In this document: positions 1 to 17,160 of the stretch, one piece after another
Numbering within the stretch: position 1 is the first letter of the stretch
Layout: each line of letters begins with the position of its first letter
Assembly: GCA_002269645.1 (NCBI GenBank)
Contig: NIVC01003637.1
Span: 22,390-86,389, forward strand
Source of the DNA: Macrostomum lignano
Lineage: Eukaryota
DNA length: 64,000 bases
Direction of reading: 5' to 3'
Program-made: the position numbers and the translations under genes
The notes under the pieces: model-generated
What the model was told of the DNA's origin: nothing
The model's database searches: none
The model's input: the letters and a program-made list of their open reading frames with translations, nothing else

Positions 1-651
1 AATTAAATTAAATAATTAATTAAATAATAAGTAATTTAATATTTTTAAACTCATCTTTTTATGCCATTAACTATAAAACATAGATAAAATTAATATTAGT
101 AGACTGACTTAATTAATCTATTTGCATGAAAAAATAAATTTTTATATTGAAGATATGGAGCTTTTAGCTTCTTAAAGAATTCAAATTTAGGCAAGTTTTT
201 CCTATTTTCATTAGTGATAGAGTTTCTAGCAAAATCAGAGTCAATTTGAATAAAACTATAGTAATGTATGTGTGTGCAACTTATCTTTGATCTACTTTAA
301 TTTACATGAATCAGATCAGCTGGCATTTGCACATACATATTACAGAAATACATTTCTCATTTTGCACTTTTCCAAAATGTTTGACTGTAATTTTAGTGTC
401 ACCTTATACAGTAGTCACAGTGCAAAATAAAAGCTTTCTAAATTATCTTAAAAGAATTTTTGTAGTTAATATGCATGTTTAGGCACCTATTTTACTGCAG
501 TTTCCATAGTATTCCATGGCCATATCATAAGTATTAAAAACAATTTTTTAATGACTATTATTTAATTATCCAATATGAATTCTATAGTTTCTGCACTAGT
601 TCACACTGCACAGAGTAAGAAGATGGTTATTAAAATATTTTTTAACTTCAG

Positions 652-1013
652 GTGGTCCCTACGAGGACCTGGCTGGCCGCGATGCCTCTCGGGCCCTGGC
701 CACCTTCTCCCTGAACAAGGACGCCTTCAAGGATGAGGTGGACGATCTAAGCGACTTGGACAGCTTTCAAGTTGAGAGCCTGGACAACTGGGAGCAGCAG
801 TTCAAAGGTAGGGTGGCTTGAGTTAAGCACTAGATTTGCATACACACCCAGCGTCCAGCTGATACCATCCCATTATTGATCCATAAACTTTTATAACATT
901 TCTTTTCAGAAAAGTACGACACTGTAGGCAAACTGCTCAAGCCGGGCGAGCAGCCAACTGAATATCCGGACTCTGATGGTGACGGAGCTGAAGGTCACGC
1001 TAAAAAAAATTAA
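652..1013 (+). CDS. PGRMC1: Last two coding exons of a membrane-associated progesterone receptor (PGRMC/MAPR, cytochrome b5-like heme/steroid-binding domain); 5' exons lie upstream of the window
   Basis: Exons 652-807 and 910-1013 with AG/GT boundaries splice in frame to [85 protein letters not shown], matching the [10 protein letters not shown] and YxxVGKLL motifs of PGRMC. AATAAA at 1421-1426. Symbol denotes the family, not strict orthology. Confidence 0.9.
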
Positions 1014-1482
1014 ATTGCTTTGGATTTTCAACTTAATCTATTTATTTTGACTGCAAACTACTTTTGCACCGTTGCTTATTTAAGTAGTATGTGTTGATTT
1101 TTTAAGACGCAAGTTTGTTAATTTTTTTATAGAAACTGTCATTCACTCTATTTAGTAAGTATTTTAGTATATAAGATTTTTGTCTGCAAAAAATAATTAA
1201 AAAATATACTAGCTGTTCGGTAGAAGCTGCTGATTTTTATTGCCTTGAGTAGATCATTAAAACCTGAAAAATTTGTGTCATTTACTCGAACTTTGTTTAG
1301 CAGCCTCCTTGGGAGCAGCAATCCTTGGTCCCTCACTCTACCAAGGCATCGGGGGAAAAAATTAAAGTTCACATTTAAAATAACTTGCATGCTTATAAGA
1401 TACTTTGTTAGTTTTGTACCAATAAAGATGTTTAAAAAATAAAGGCATTACCATTAGCATCGGGCTTTCCAGCATCCATATC

Positions 1483-2447
1483 CTTGAGCATGGAATCTCA
1501 GCAACTCCCCATTGAGCCATGGCATCTCAGCAACTCCCCATTGAGCCATGGCATCTCAGCAACTCCCCATTGAGCCATGGCATCTCAGCAACTCCCCATT
1601 GAGCCATGGCATCTCAGCAACTCCCCATTGAGCCATGGCATCTCAGCAACTCCCCATTGAGCCATGGCATCTCAGCAACTCCCCATTGAGCCATGGCATC
1701 TCAGCAACTCCCCATTGAGCCATGGCATCTCAGCAACTCCCCTTAAGCCTTGTCATCTCAGCAACTCCCCTTAAGCCTTGTCATCTCAGCAACTCCCCCT
1801 TGAGCCATGGCATCTCAGCAACTCCCCATTGAGCCATGGCATCTCAGCAACTCCCTATTGAGCCATGGCATCTCAGCAACTCCCCATTGAGCCATGGCAT
1901 CTCAGCAACTCCCCATTGAGCCATGGCATCTCAGCAACTCCCCATTGAGCCATGGCATCTCAGCAACTCCCCATTGAGCCATGGCATCTCAGCAACTCCC
2001 CATTGAGCCATGGCATCTCAGCAACCCCCTATTGAGCCATGGCATCTCAGCAACTCCCCATTGAGCCATGGCATCTCAGCAACTCTCCATTGAGCCATGG
2101 CATCTCAGCAACTCCCCATTGAGCCATGGCATCTCAGCAACTCCCCTTAAGCCTTGTCATCTCAGCAACTCCCCTTAAGCCTTGTCATCTCAGCAACTCC
2201 CCCTTGAGCCATGGCATCTCAGCAACTCCCCCATTGAGCCATGGCATCTCAGCAACTCCCCCATTGAGCCAAGGCATCTCAGAAACTCCCCATTGAGCCA
2301 TGGCATCTCAGCAACTCCCCCATTGAGCCATGGCATCTCAGCAACTCCCCATTGAGCCATGGCATCTCAGCAACTCCCCCATTGAGCCATGGCATCTCAG
2401 CAACTCCCCCATTGAGCCATGGCATCTCAGCAACTCCCCCATGGCAT
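1483..2447 (+). repeat. 29-bp minisatellite (GCAACTCCCCATTGAGCCATGGCATCTCA)n
   Basis: About 32 tandem units read directly; the same satellite occurs inverted at 19490-21220. Confidence 0.97.
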
Positions 2448-2924
2448 CCCAGCTTTGAGTAAAAACCACTTCCTTTATGTAAATATACACGTACATATAC
2501 ATGTCGATGCTGCAGAAACTCATGTGTGTAGTTCTACGAGTATTTACTAGAATCTCTTGTACTGCCAAGCCCTTGACGTTCAGCTCCAAAACTTCCCGTG
2601 AGAAAGCAGCAGACCTGAGATCTGTGAGCCGCTTCTCACTGCTGCCACTACTGAGGGCTCTGCGGCCTCACTTTGGCGGCCTCAGCAACTCGGCTGCTGT
2701 CACGATCGCAGCTCCACAGTGAAACGTGACTCGGACAGCCACATCGGACCTGCAACTGCAGCAGAACCTCAGCTGAAGCCGCGCCACTCAATCTGGCGAG
2801 ATCCCACGCCCTCCACGCATTCCAGCAGCAGCTCGGGTGGATAAATGCCGACTCGAAATGTCTGCTCAAATTTGCAACTCAAAGTGGCCGCTCCAATCAG
2901 CGACTCCCATTGGCGACTCAGCAA

Positions 2925-3718
2925 ATGCAGCACCGCCAGCTACTCGCTGCCTGCCTCGCCGCAGCCACTGCAGCTCTGCTGCTCACCGGCGCCTCTGCTC
3001 AGTGTCCCGGACACGGCTCTGCACCTGACAGAGGTGTCACCCCACCTGTGGACGCCTCGTGGCTGCGTTCGATTTCAGGAGGGGCCTGCACAACCTGGTG
3101 GACCCGCGCGCCTTTGCCATCGAGGACCAGTTTGGCGTGGAGAGGTCGGCAGAGGACGGGGCCTGCTTCAAGGTGAATTCAAGTGCCAGATACAGGGAGT
3201 TCTACAATGTCGGAGCTCCCATGGCATTCAATGAGTCGATCTGGAACTCAGCAGAGTGAACCATGTACTTCAGGCTGACTCGGAGCAGCGGCAGCTGGGT
3301 TCGTTTTCTGTCGGTTCCGAGCGACCATTTGCGCCCGGATGGGGTGCTAAACGTTTATGCTGTCATTGATCAATATTCTGGAAACAGGTTTAGATTTTAT
3401 GTTGGGCAACATGACCTTCGAAGCCGGCATTATAACGAGCACCACTTCTACGGATCGGGCTGTGCTGGCAGCTGGTGCGACATTCGGCTGGCAATGAAGA
3501 ATCACATTTTGGATTCTCCTGCCATCGGATGGCCGCTGAGTTCTGATTATCAGAAGTTTACTGATTTTGTTAATGAACTGGGACTGCAGCAGCTGCAGAT
3601 TGGAAATCTTTATCCATCTTCTGGTTCCCAGCGGCTCTGCGTGAGGTGCTTCGGGGTCGCCCGCAGGCAGCTGAGCGCCCATGAGGTGCGGCAGGCGATG
3701 TCGGCTTTCTGCCCCTGA
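2925..3718 (+). pseudogene. Disrupted paralog of the secreted lectin-like family: signal peptide joined directly to the C-terminal domain, both CTLDs absent
   Basis: ATG 2925 MQHRQLLAACLAAATAALLLTGASAQCPGHG, then homology jumps to the C-terminal domain of the 17340-19013 gene. A 1-nt deletion near 3055 (gtggacgcctc vs gtggacggcctc) and an in-frame TGA at 3257-3259 (paralog has TAC) disrupt it. Confidence 0.8.
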
Positions 3719-4439
3719 GACTGCGGCTGCAAGCAGTGGGCCTGGCAGCCACTAAAATGCATTACGTAGTCGTTTTGTCTTCTACCGAAAGTCTGTCGGT
3801 TTGTCTGTCTGTCCAGTCTGGTTTCTGTCTGTTTGTCTTGACAAATTAAATGGTGCCTCAGAGCCAAGTTGGTGACGCTTCCTGAGTGTCCCGAATGTAC
3901 GAAATACAATATACGATCTTAGCTGCATATACAGCATTGCAAAAACTTTGATTGCCCCCCAGCAATGATACCGGTGTAGCTGATGAAGGTTAAAGGAAGC
4001 TACGCACACTTGTGACCTTGGCCGTTGTTCAAAATGTCTATGGTAATTTACGTTAAGGTAATGACATTCAAGCAATGACCGGAAAACGAACGCTGAGATA
4101 AAAAAATAGTCTATGGTTGTAAGTGTGGACTTCGCCCCCACACCCCCATTCGCCCTTGCCACTCGGATCCTGATGGTCAAATTGAATAATGAAGCTAGCT
4201 GGAAGTGGCGATAGCCGCTCATTTCTATGGCCATTACCATGAATTCTCACTTCCTGACAACCCCCCATTAACTTAAACCCTCGCTTCGTATTACATGTAG
4301 CTGCATTAATTGAATTGTCTAAGGCCGAAACAGACGGAAATGTAAATGACGATGCTTACACTTCATGTCAATGGCCAGTCCCATAGAATGCATTGGTCAA
4401 TCAGTTGTCTATGGCTAAAATTGGCGGCCACTGGCCATT

Positions 4440-4595
4440 TTTCGCCCAGATGAGGTGCTGCCACCAAATTAATACCTTTATGCTGGCATTAATAAAACTT
4501 CTGGGGACAGGTTTGAATTTTATGTTGGGGAACATGACCTTGCGATCCAACATTATAACGAGCACTACTTCGATGAATTTGGCTGTGACGCTTCC
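4440..4595 (+). pseudogene. Internal fragment of the same lectin-like family C-terminal domain
   Basis: Translates YLYAGINKTSGDRFEFYVGEHDLAIQHYNEHYFDEFGC, aligning with VYAVIDQYSGNRFRFYVGQHDLRSRHYNEHHFYGSGC of the 3263-3718 copy. Confidence 0.75.
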
Positions 4596-5499
4596 GACTG
4601 GCGCGCAGGGTCCGCCCTCTTGTGGGATGTCGGCTCCTCCGCGGGATTGAGTTGCCAGCACTCTCCAGAGGCGGCAGAAGGGGCGGCTTTCGCACTCCTG
4701 GCCGTTCCTCCGCTTTGCGCTTGAGAAAAGCTTTGTAGCGAGCAATGCTACGGGCCTTCTTTTTAGAGGTCTGAGGTCCGCCGTCCTGTTGTCCAGCCAC
4801 TTCGGTATTGTCCTGAGTGGCGACAGAAGCTGACTAAGAGTCACCGGAGGTCCCGGTGTTGCGAATGTCCGGCTGGGCGGCGATACCAACCGCAGTTGGC
4901 GCTCCAGCAGCCTCGGACGTGTTGCAAGTAAATGAATACTCCATGAGTCGCTGAAAGGTGAATGGGGACTAGAGGTGAGAAGCTGCTGGGCCGAAACCCC
5001 AAACCCAACAGCCAGCCAAAATATAGCGACCCGGGGTGCTTAGGCCCTTACCGGCCCGACCGCTAGCAACCGAGAAACTACCCGGCTAAGAGCCCGGCTT
5101 GGAGAGACCATACGCTCGTAGGCCGAACCAAAGGAACATCAGCGCGGTACTACACTGGTAGGCTGTCCGCATCCTGTTAAGGTCAGAGGGTGATACCTGT
5201 TCTTCAGAGCCGTGGCCAGAGGTACCTGATACGCACAGGTTCACTTCCGGACGGAGCCCGTACCCAAATCGGCCAAGACAGAAGCCAAGGCCACGGATGG
5301 GGTGCAGGTGTAGGATACAATTCCGATAATTCTGTGCTGTGGTCGGTCTGCACTTTGCGGCCGATCTGGTCTGATGGCGTTGGTTGCTCTTTGTGGCAAA
5401 GTCATCCAGTTCATGCCAGGTCTTCATGTTTGGATTTTCCAGCTTTTTGCTTTCTTCTGATTGAAGAACGAGCTTAGCCAGACCATATTCAAGCTCTCT

Positions 5500-7200
5500 T
5501 GCCATGTTCGAAGTTACTCACCTTGTTAGTTTGTCCAGCCGATACCATGTTGGCCTGCGCTCGTGAAGAGGGTCGCTGCTCCTCGAACGATGTTTGAGGT
5601 CCAGTCACCTTGCACCCGAAATCACACATTGGAAAGCGCGCGTTTCTGTGGGTGCATTTTTATGCCTCCTGTGTTCCACAGGTGCCATGCAGTCTCATTT
5701 AGTAAGATTAGTAGGTTTCCTTATTCTCATGGTGAAACACTGATGCCGGTGCCTTGCAAGGTCACATCCCAGCTCGATGACGCTTTCTTTACTATCTGTC
5801 CGAGTCTCGCTGAGCCCAGGTTTGCCCGCTGCACGTTCCACATCGCGATTCTCACTTTCTTCTGGTTCCAGATTCTTTGCGCAGCTTCTAAACGTTGTTT
5901 GTTCCTTTATTTTACGGTGTTTCTCTCTCTCTTCGCGTTTCGACGCCTGTTCCTTGCCCTTCTCTGCTCACTGGTTCCCGGTCCAGGTTTGCAATTTGGT
6001 TCGTATTCGCGATCCGCTAACTCTTCCGCTAACTCTTCCGCTAACTCTTCCGCTAACTCTTCCGCTAACTCTTCCGCTAACTCTTCCGCTAACTCTTCCG
6101 CTAACTCTTCCGCTAACTCTTCCGCTAACTCTTCCGCTAACTCTTCCGCTAACTCTTCCGCTAACTCTTCCGCTAACTCTTCCGCTAACTCTTCCGCTAA
6201 CTCTTCCGCTAACTCTTCCGCTAACTCTTCCGCTAACTCTTCCGCTAACTCTTCCGCTAACTCTTCAGTCTTCCGTGTGCCGCGTCGCTGCCACCCGATA
6301 GGCTTTCCTCTAACCCTAAGCCGTCGGTCATATCGTCCTCTGATGTCGGTGTGTCGTCTTCGCCAGAAGGGGCTCTGTGGCTATCGTCCAGCTGGTCGTT
6401 AAGTACTTCTCTTCTTCTGTGTGAGTTGATCGGTCTTCCAGGACAATGTCAGAAATTTCGTTAATCCTGTCCTGTCCCGTCCTTAATAGCGTCTCTGCCT
6501 TTCGCACAAATTTTCCAGTTCTCTTATTAGACTTCGACAGACAATTTCGCGCGGTAGCTAATAAGTGAGCAGATTCAGCAGGTATCAAGTAGGTTGAGCA
6601 ATGGCTAGAGTTACGATCATGCGCTTCCGGCAGGTTGCAGTGATGAGCCATTGTACAATAATTCTTAATAAGCAATAAAATTCTACTCTTTCCGGCTAAA
6701 GCAATTTCAATAATATCAGTCGGCACATATGGCTGGATTTGGCAGGCCTTTTTGCCTCAATTTTAGCGGACAGCACCTGGGATCAAGTCAACAGGTCATT
6801 TGCTGTGCCACATGACAAGGCTGGTTCCTATAGCCAAGCCACAACGTCTCAAACATCTGGTTCTGTTGACGCCAGCACCCTACTAGCATTGCGTGATGCT
6901 TTCTAGTCCGCTCTCTGTCACGCTGTAGGCTCGTATGACTGCCTAGCAGACATCGCAGTCCAGAGTTTTCATCGTGGACTCCGTCTGACGAGGCAACCAG
7001 ACAGCGGTTAAAATTAATATCGCCTGCATATGCACCGATCCGTCTAGCTTAACTACGCAGTTTATTATTTCTATTTTTATAAATATTTTTATAGCTCGTA
7101 AATTAACGAACACAATAATCAACACATTGCACTGCAACTCAGCCTTCCGCCACACGTCGTCCTCCAGCTCTGGTTCTTAGCCGCTTATGTCTTCTTGGCT
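5500..7200 (-). mobile_element. Probable highly degenerate non-LTR retrotransposon (ORF1 remnant plus start of AP endonuclease)
   Basis: Minus strand near 5850 reads KVRIAMWNVQRANLGSARLGQIVKK..WDV.LQ, resembling the APE N-terminal (I/L)xxWNV motif; a GTANDL motif near 6800 weakly resembles SGNH-esterase ORF1s. Many stops and frameshifts; boundaries approximate. Confidence 0.35.
6013..6266 (+). repeat. 12-bp tandem repeat (TCCGCTAACTCT)n, about 21 perfect copies
   Basis: Read directly; explains the SANS and LPLT ORFs. Confidence 0.97.
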
Positions 7201-7649
7201 AGATGGTTGGAAGACACTGCCGATCTTCCATGAAATCCTTCCTGAGACTCCGGAAAGTCAGGGAACAAGTATAGGCCACAAACAAGTGCGCTGTTACGTT
7301 ACCAATAGGTCTTGTGTAACTTTAAAACTCTTCTGTTCGACCACAAGTTTGTTCGTCCGCCAGCTGGAAATTTATTCTTCTTTTTACCCGTTTGTATTTA
7401 TATTGAAAAACTGTCTCCTGCACAATGAACTCCTGCTAAACTGCAGTCTTGCTGTCCTTGCGCTGATCGGCTGATTGTTGATGTGCATACTGCTGAGATC
7501 GTTGATGCTGCTGCTGGTAGTGGGTTGAGCCGAGCTACGTCGGGTGCCTTAGACAAAGGCTAGCGTCCACAACGTTGGGGCCTACTTCTTAACTTTAAGT
7601 CCCCTCGCTCCAGGCTCACATTGGGCCCTCTCGTTGCTGTCCAGCCTCG

Positions 7650-8254
7650 GCTAGGTGACACGACCAAGTGACGCGACCAGGTGACACGACCAAGTGACGC
7701 GACCAGGTGACACGACCAAGTGACGCGACCAGGTGACACGACCAAGTGACGCGACCAGGTGACACGACCAAGTGACGCGACCAGGTGACACGACCAAGTG
7801 ACGCGACCAGGTGACACGACCAAGTGACGCGACCAGGTGACACGACCAAGTGACGCGACCAGGTGACACGACCAAGTGACGCGACCAGGTGACACGACCA
7901 AGTGACGCGACCAGGTGACACGACCAAGTGACGCGACCAGGTGACACGACCAAGTGACGCGACCAGGTGACACGACCAAGTGACGCGACCAGGTGACACG
8001 ACCAAGTGACGCGACCAGGTGACACGACCAAGTGACGCGACCAGGTGACACGACCAAGTGACGCGACCAGGTGACACGACCAAGTGACGCGACCAGGTGA
8101 CACGACCAAGTGACGCGACCAGGTGACACGACCAAGTGACGCGACCAGGTGACACGACCAAGTGACGCGACCAGGTGACACGATCAAGTGACGCGACCAG
8201 GTGACACGACCAGGTACGACACGACCAGGTGACACGACCGTCGTGTCACCTAGC
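7650..8254. repeat. 26-bp minisatellite (two 13-bp subunits GTGACACGACCAA / GTGACGCGACCAG) bounded by a 15-bp inverted repeat
   Basis: About 22 near-perfect 26-mers. GCTAGGTGACACGAC (7650-7664) is the exact reverse complement of GTCGTGTCACCTAGC (8240-8254). Confidence 0.93.
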
Positions 8255-9546
8255 TCCCTAGCCTATCCCCGTTCCTATACTTATGAGCAATTTCTTATGT
8301 CTCATAATTTATATTGAGATCGAATAGTAGACACGTTATTTCAGTTTCAAGTTTTGTAACTAAATTGAAATTATAATATCGATACTTTCTCAAACAAAAT
8401 TAAAGAATAAAACTTGTTTCAATTTTTTAAAAATTCTTCAACTAGTAAAAGTTTCGAAAAAAATTAACTGAAAGAATTTCAAAATGCTTTTCAAGCCAAA
8501 GAGCTGCAGATAATTGAAAATTAAGGTTTTATGTATCGAAGTTACGAGCTATTTTCTATTTTATTTTTTAACTAAATTAATTCAGTGGAGAAAAGCCCTG
8601 GTCGGTTAAACTGATTGATTGAACTGATGGCTGTATTAAAGCTGTACTTTTGTGCCCAATTTTTAACTGATCGCAATGATCAATTTAACTGAGGGATGGG
8701 ATGCCCCTCAGCCCAATGAAGCCCAATGATCTTGGGATCTCGTGCTTGGGTTTCAAAAATAGCTGAAGTATATTAATTAAATTGTTCTCAAATCTCTCCG
8801 AAATTGATCTTGCAAGGCGTAAATTTAAATAATTGCAAAAATTTAAATTAAACTCACAACAATTATTACAAACAATTTGTCATTGGTTAGTTGTCTATAT
8901 GATTTCTACCTATATGATTCTATATGATATTGAACGAAGCTTAGTTTACTTATACATGTAGGACTTTATAACGGCATTTTCTATGCCTGAAGCCCTCCCG
9001 CTTGGAAAATGTTGTGCCGATGCCTTATACTCGTAGTTAAAACCATCCCAGAAGTCGGAAAAAATTAGTTAAATTGAAATTTACGAGTTATACCCGAATT
9101 TGTCTACTGCTGCAGTAGCGCGCAAAGATTTTTTAGCAGTAGTGTGACCCAAGTAGGAAATTCGAGATTTAGGAATTTAGTAAGATTCAGTAAGTTACGA
9201 GCATAGTTTATTTTTTAATTATAAATACGTTTATTAATTTCCCGGAAAAGTTCACTTCTGGTGGTTGCATCTGCACGAAATTTTACCTGCAGCAACTGCA
9301 GTCTGTAATCACTTCTCAACATAACTTCCTGTGGCGCCTTGCTGCAGCGCTGCGTCGGAGGAAAATGGCCGCCATCATTTTGCCGATGCTGCGATTGCGA
9401 CGAAACTTGAGAGGAGCATCTTCGTCGTTGATAACCCACTGCCGACTCTGCTCCTTACTTACTTACTTACTACTGACGGGGGGCGCAGGCGCCGCGAATA
9501 GGCCGCGAGGCCCCTATCGCAACCCCAAGGTAAAAGAGCACAAGGA

Positions 9547-14424
<4,878 letters not shown>

Positions 14425-15609
14425 TTATCCCAGGATTGCTCCCAGGCGAGGCTCCGGCAGGCCCCCGGTCCACACTCTGCAAGATCAGGGGGCGGGAGGC
14501 CGGCTGCGGGCTTGGGACACAGGCGCCAGGTCGAGTTGACAGCCGACGCCCGAGCCCTCCCCCACAAGAGCGGCCCTCGAGAACCCGTGTGGTACCAGTT
14601 GCAACTAAGGGCTGTCGATGGGTAGTTGGCGCTTAGCCAGCAGCCAACTACTTAGCAGCCACCTGCCCCGCAAAAAAGCAGCAGGGGGGATCCGTCCCCC
14701 ACCAGCAGACCAAGACGAGGAAGCTAGCCGCTTCCACGCCAGGCCAGAACGAAAAGGAGGGGGAAGAGCCTCCTCGAAAAACGAAAAGCTGGCGGATGTC
14801 ACAGAGTCCCTCGGTTTAAGTTGCCGTTTGCCCCCCGACTCTGCTCCTTGGTCTCATGGGTCGTAGAAGTAGACCGAAGGTTCTTTGCCAGTGAGGATGT
14901 TATCCACCAACTTTCAGCGGCCTCCGTCAAACCTTGGCCGCCATGAGGTCGGCGAGCTCAACGCGGGCTTGCATCTGGTCAGGGCTGAGCTGGTGGGGCA
15001 CCCAGCGAGCGGACAGCTTCGTCATTTCAAGGTGCTGGTGCAGGATCTTAATGATGGTGGAATCCGACACCCCGACGAGCTGCTCCAACCAGCCAATCGC
15101 CACTCACCGATCTTCGTCTAAATGGCGTCGAACAGCAGCAACGACTCCGTCGGACACAGTCGAACTCGGCCGCCAATCACGAGGATCGTCGTCCAGAGTG
15201 GCCGAGCCGCAGCGGAAGCGTGCAAACCACTCATACAGCATCGACTGGGATGGCGCTTGATCCTGAAGAGCCTCACGCAGCGTCTGGAGTCATGTGGCTG
15301 CAGAGCTGCCCAGCCGAAACTGGACCGGGATTGCCACTCGCCTGTCGCGGTCAGTCATCTGTGGCAGCAGGGCGGCAAGTTTTCGGCCAAACTTTGGACA
15401 TTGCAGCGCATCGTTGCGACCGATTGAGCTGAAATTTTACAAGCGGACGTTGAACACTCAACTCCAACTGCTGGTTAAGTTTCGTTTGATTTGCGCATTT
15501 TTAAGCTGCATTTTCCGGGAACTTAATAAGCACCGCTCGTAGCCTTAGAAAGAGTCGGAATACAGAATAGAATGATCTTTCCTTTCCTTTCCTTGCATTT
15601 CCTTAATCA

Positions 15610-15871
15610 TATCAACAAGCACGACTCCAACGGCAGCTGGTCCGACATTCAACTGGCAATAAAGAACCGCATTTTGGATTCTCCTGCCATCGGACGGTCG
15701 CTGGGCGTTCAATATCGGAACTGGACTGATGGGACTCATGAAGTGGGACTGCAGCAGCTGCAGCTCGGAAATTATTATTTACTTCTGCGTGAGGTGCTTC
15801 GGAGTCACCCGCAGGCAGCTGACGGCCGTGAGGTGCGGCAAGCGATGTCGGCCTTCTGCCCCCGAGTATAA
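15610..15871 (+). pseudogene. 3'-terminal fragment of another lectin-like family paralog
   Basis: GSWSDIQLAIKNRILDSPAIGRSLGVQYRNW..VGLQQLQLG, then after a frameshift CVRCFGVTRRQL..EVRQAMSAFCP, matching the other copies. Confidence 0.8.
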
Positions 15872-16097
15872 GGCTAGAATTTGCGTCACTGAGCATCCGG
15901 ATGCAGTACCGGCTGCAACCGCGATAACAGCATCCGGTTGAGCAGCCTCGCAGCGCAGGACTGAAGGCAGAGGCCTCTGTGCTCATTCAGGATTGTGGTA
16001 CCCGGCTTCTTTGGAACGTGACGACCCAAACCAATTGGAAACTTGGCGGTTTATGCCGCTATACACTGTGCACCTTGTGTGAGCGTGTGTATGAGCA

Positions 16098-16490
16098 CAG
16101 GGGTTATAGCCTAATGGTTCGATCGTTGGAATCACGACGGAAAGGTCGGGGGTTCGATTCTCGACACACTCGGAACAATTTGTGTCCTTGAGCAAGTTGA
16201 GCAAGACACTTAACTCTGCATTGCTTCAGTTAGTCCAGCTGTAAAATGGGTGCCAGCATTAGCTGGGGTAATTGAGGGTGAGTGTGGCGCCCCCCCCCCT
16301 CAGTCCTTGGACTGAACAGCCGTACGCAGCCTGCAGATGCGCTGCGCAATGGCTGCGGCTGAGCTGTCGGTTGCACAACTGCCTAGCAATGCCCACATTT
16401 GCATATGTGCTGTGTACGAGTACCCTATAACCGACTGCTCCGCTCTCCTGGTGTTATGACGCTCTGGCAAAGAAAGAACGCCTTGCCTTA
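16098..16490 (+). mobile_element. tRNA-derived SINE with a CORE-like central domain
   Basis: A box TAGCCTAATGG (16107-16117), B box GGTTCGATTCT (16151-16161), then GTGTCCTTGAGCAAG..CACTTAACTC..CTTCAGTT..CTGTAAAATGGG, resembling the MIR/Ther-1 CORE. 3' end approximate. Confidence 0.7.
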
Positions 16491-16727
16491 GCCTAACAAG
16501 TTTCCCATAAAGAATTACTTAAGCGGGCGGCTTACCAGAGGGGGGCAGAAGGCTCTACTGGCTAAGCCCTCAACCAAGCCACAGGGCCAGCCAATCAGAA
16601 CCCCGCCCGGGGCAGGGTGCAGCACCCGGCACGCACGCCAACCCCCCCAGCCACCCCCAAAGTGCACCGTGCCCTGCCAAACCAAGGGCACATGCACTAC
16701 ACCTGTATGCAGCTAGTAAGATCGTAT

Positions 16728-17160
16728 ACTTGGCAACAGTCAAAAGTTCCAACCCTCCAAGCGAAATAAAAAATTCCTCACTTATTGCGACAACTTTTCA
16801 CCCACAATTCAACTCTCAAGTTACGCAACTGAGTCACCGCGAGGAAGGGAAAATTAATAGAATCAATAGCTCGTACTATTGATGAACGCCAGTCGCACAA
16901 AGTCATAACGCGCTTAGTAACGCGTGTGGGATCCCCTCGCACGCAGAAAGTCCTAGGGAAGCTGCTGCCAAGCGTTTCAATGGCATGACGGAGCTCCGCA
17001 ACATGCTGCGGTGGATTCTCTTATCGACTGCTGCGTTTTAGGAAGTCCCAGACATGCTCGATGGGATTCATGTGTGGGGACCATTAAGCAGACCCAAGCC
17101 GACCCCAGTGGCAGTAAGCTTTGCGCCTGCCGTAAGTTGCGTCACTCGCAATAAGTGAAG
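16728..17160 (-). mobile_element. Truncated Tc1-family remnant, same family as 60798-62108
   Basis: Begins with TIR-like GGCAACAGTCAAAAGTTCC; 16740-16850 matches 60806-60900 and 16880-17160 matches 61600-62060, including the PIEHVW-type transposase motif on the minus strand. Confidence 0.75.

Noticed and set aside
2500-2870. Conserved upstream segment in both duplicate arms with protein-like frames (EKRLTDLRSAAFSREVLELNV)
   Set aside because: Conservation is explained by recent duplication; the frames are broken by different indels and stops in the two copies.
3975-5010. CTGATGA and GGCCGAAAC motifs suggesting hammerhead ribozymes
   Set aside because: The motifs are far apart and lack the flanking stems needed for a catalytic core.
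5563-6402. 279-aa ORF with SANS repeats, the LPLT-repeat ORF, and a minus-strand EELA repeat frame
   Set aside because: All are by-products of a 12-bp array whose length is a multiple of 3; there is no supporting splice or domain evidence, and the EELA frame has no ATG.
7560-8254. CRISPR-like regular repeats and 181-194-aa repeat ORFs
   Set aside because: Units are contiguous with no unique spacers, no cas genes are present, and the context is eukaryotic.
16098-16170. tRNA gene candidates here and at 42425-42500
   Set aside because: A and B boxes are present, but there is no clean cloverleaf or terminator; better explained as SINE heads.
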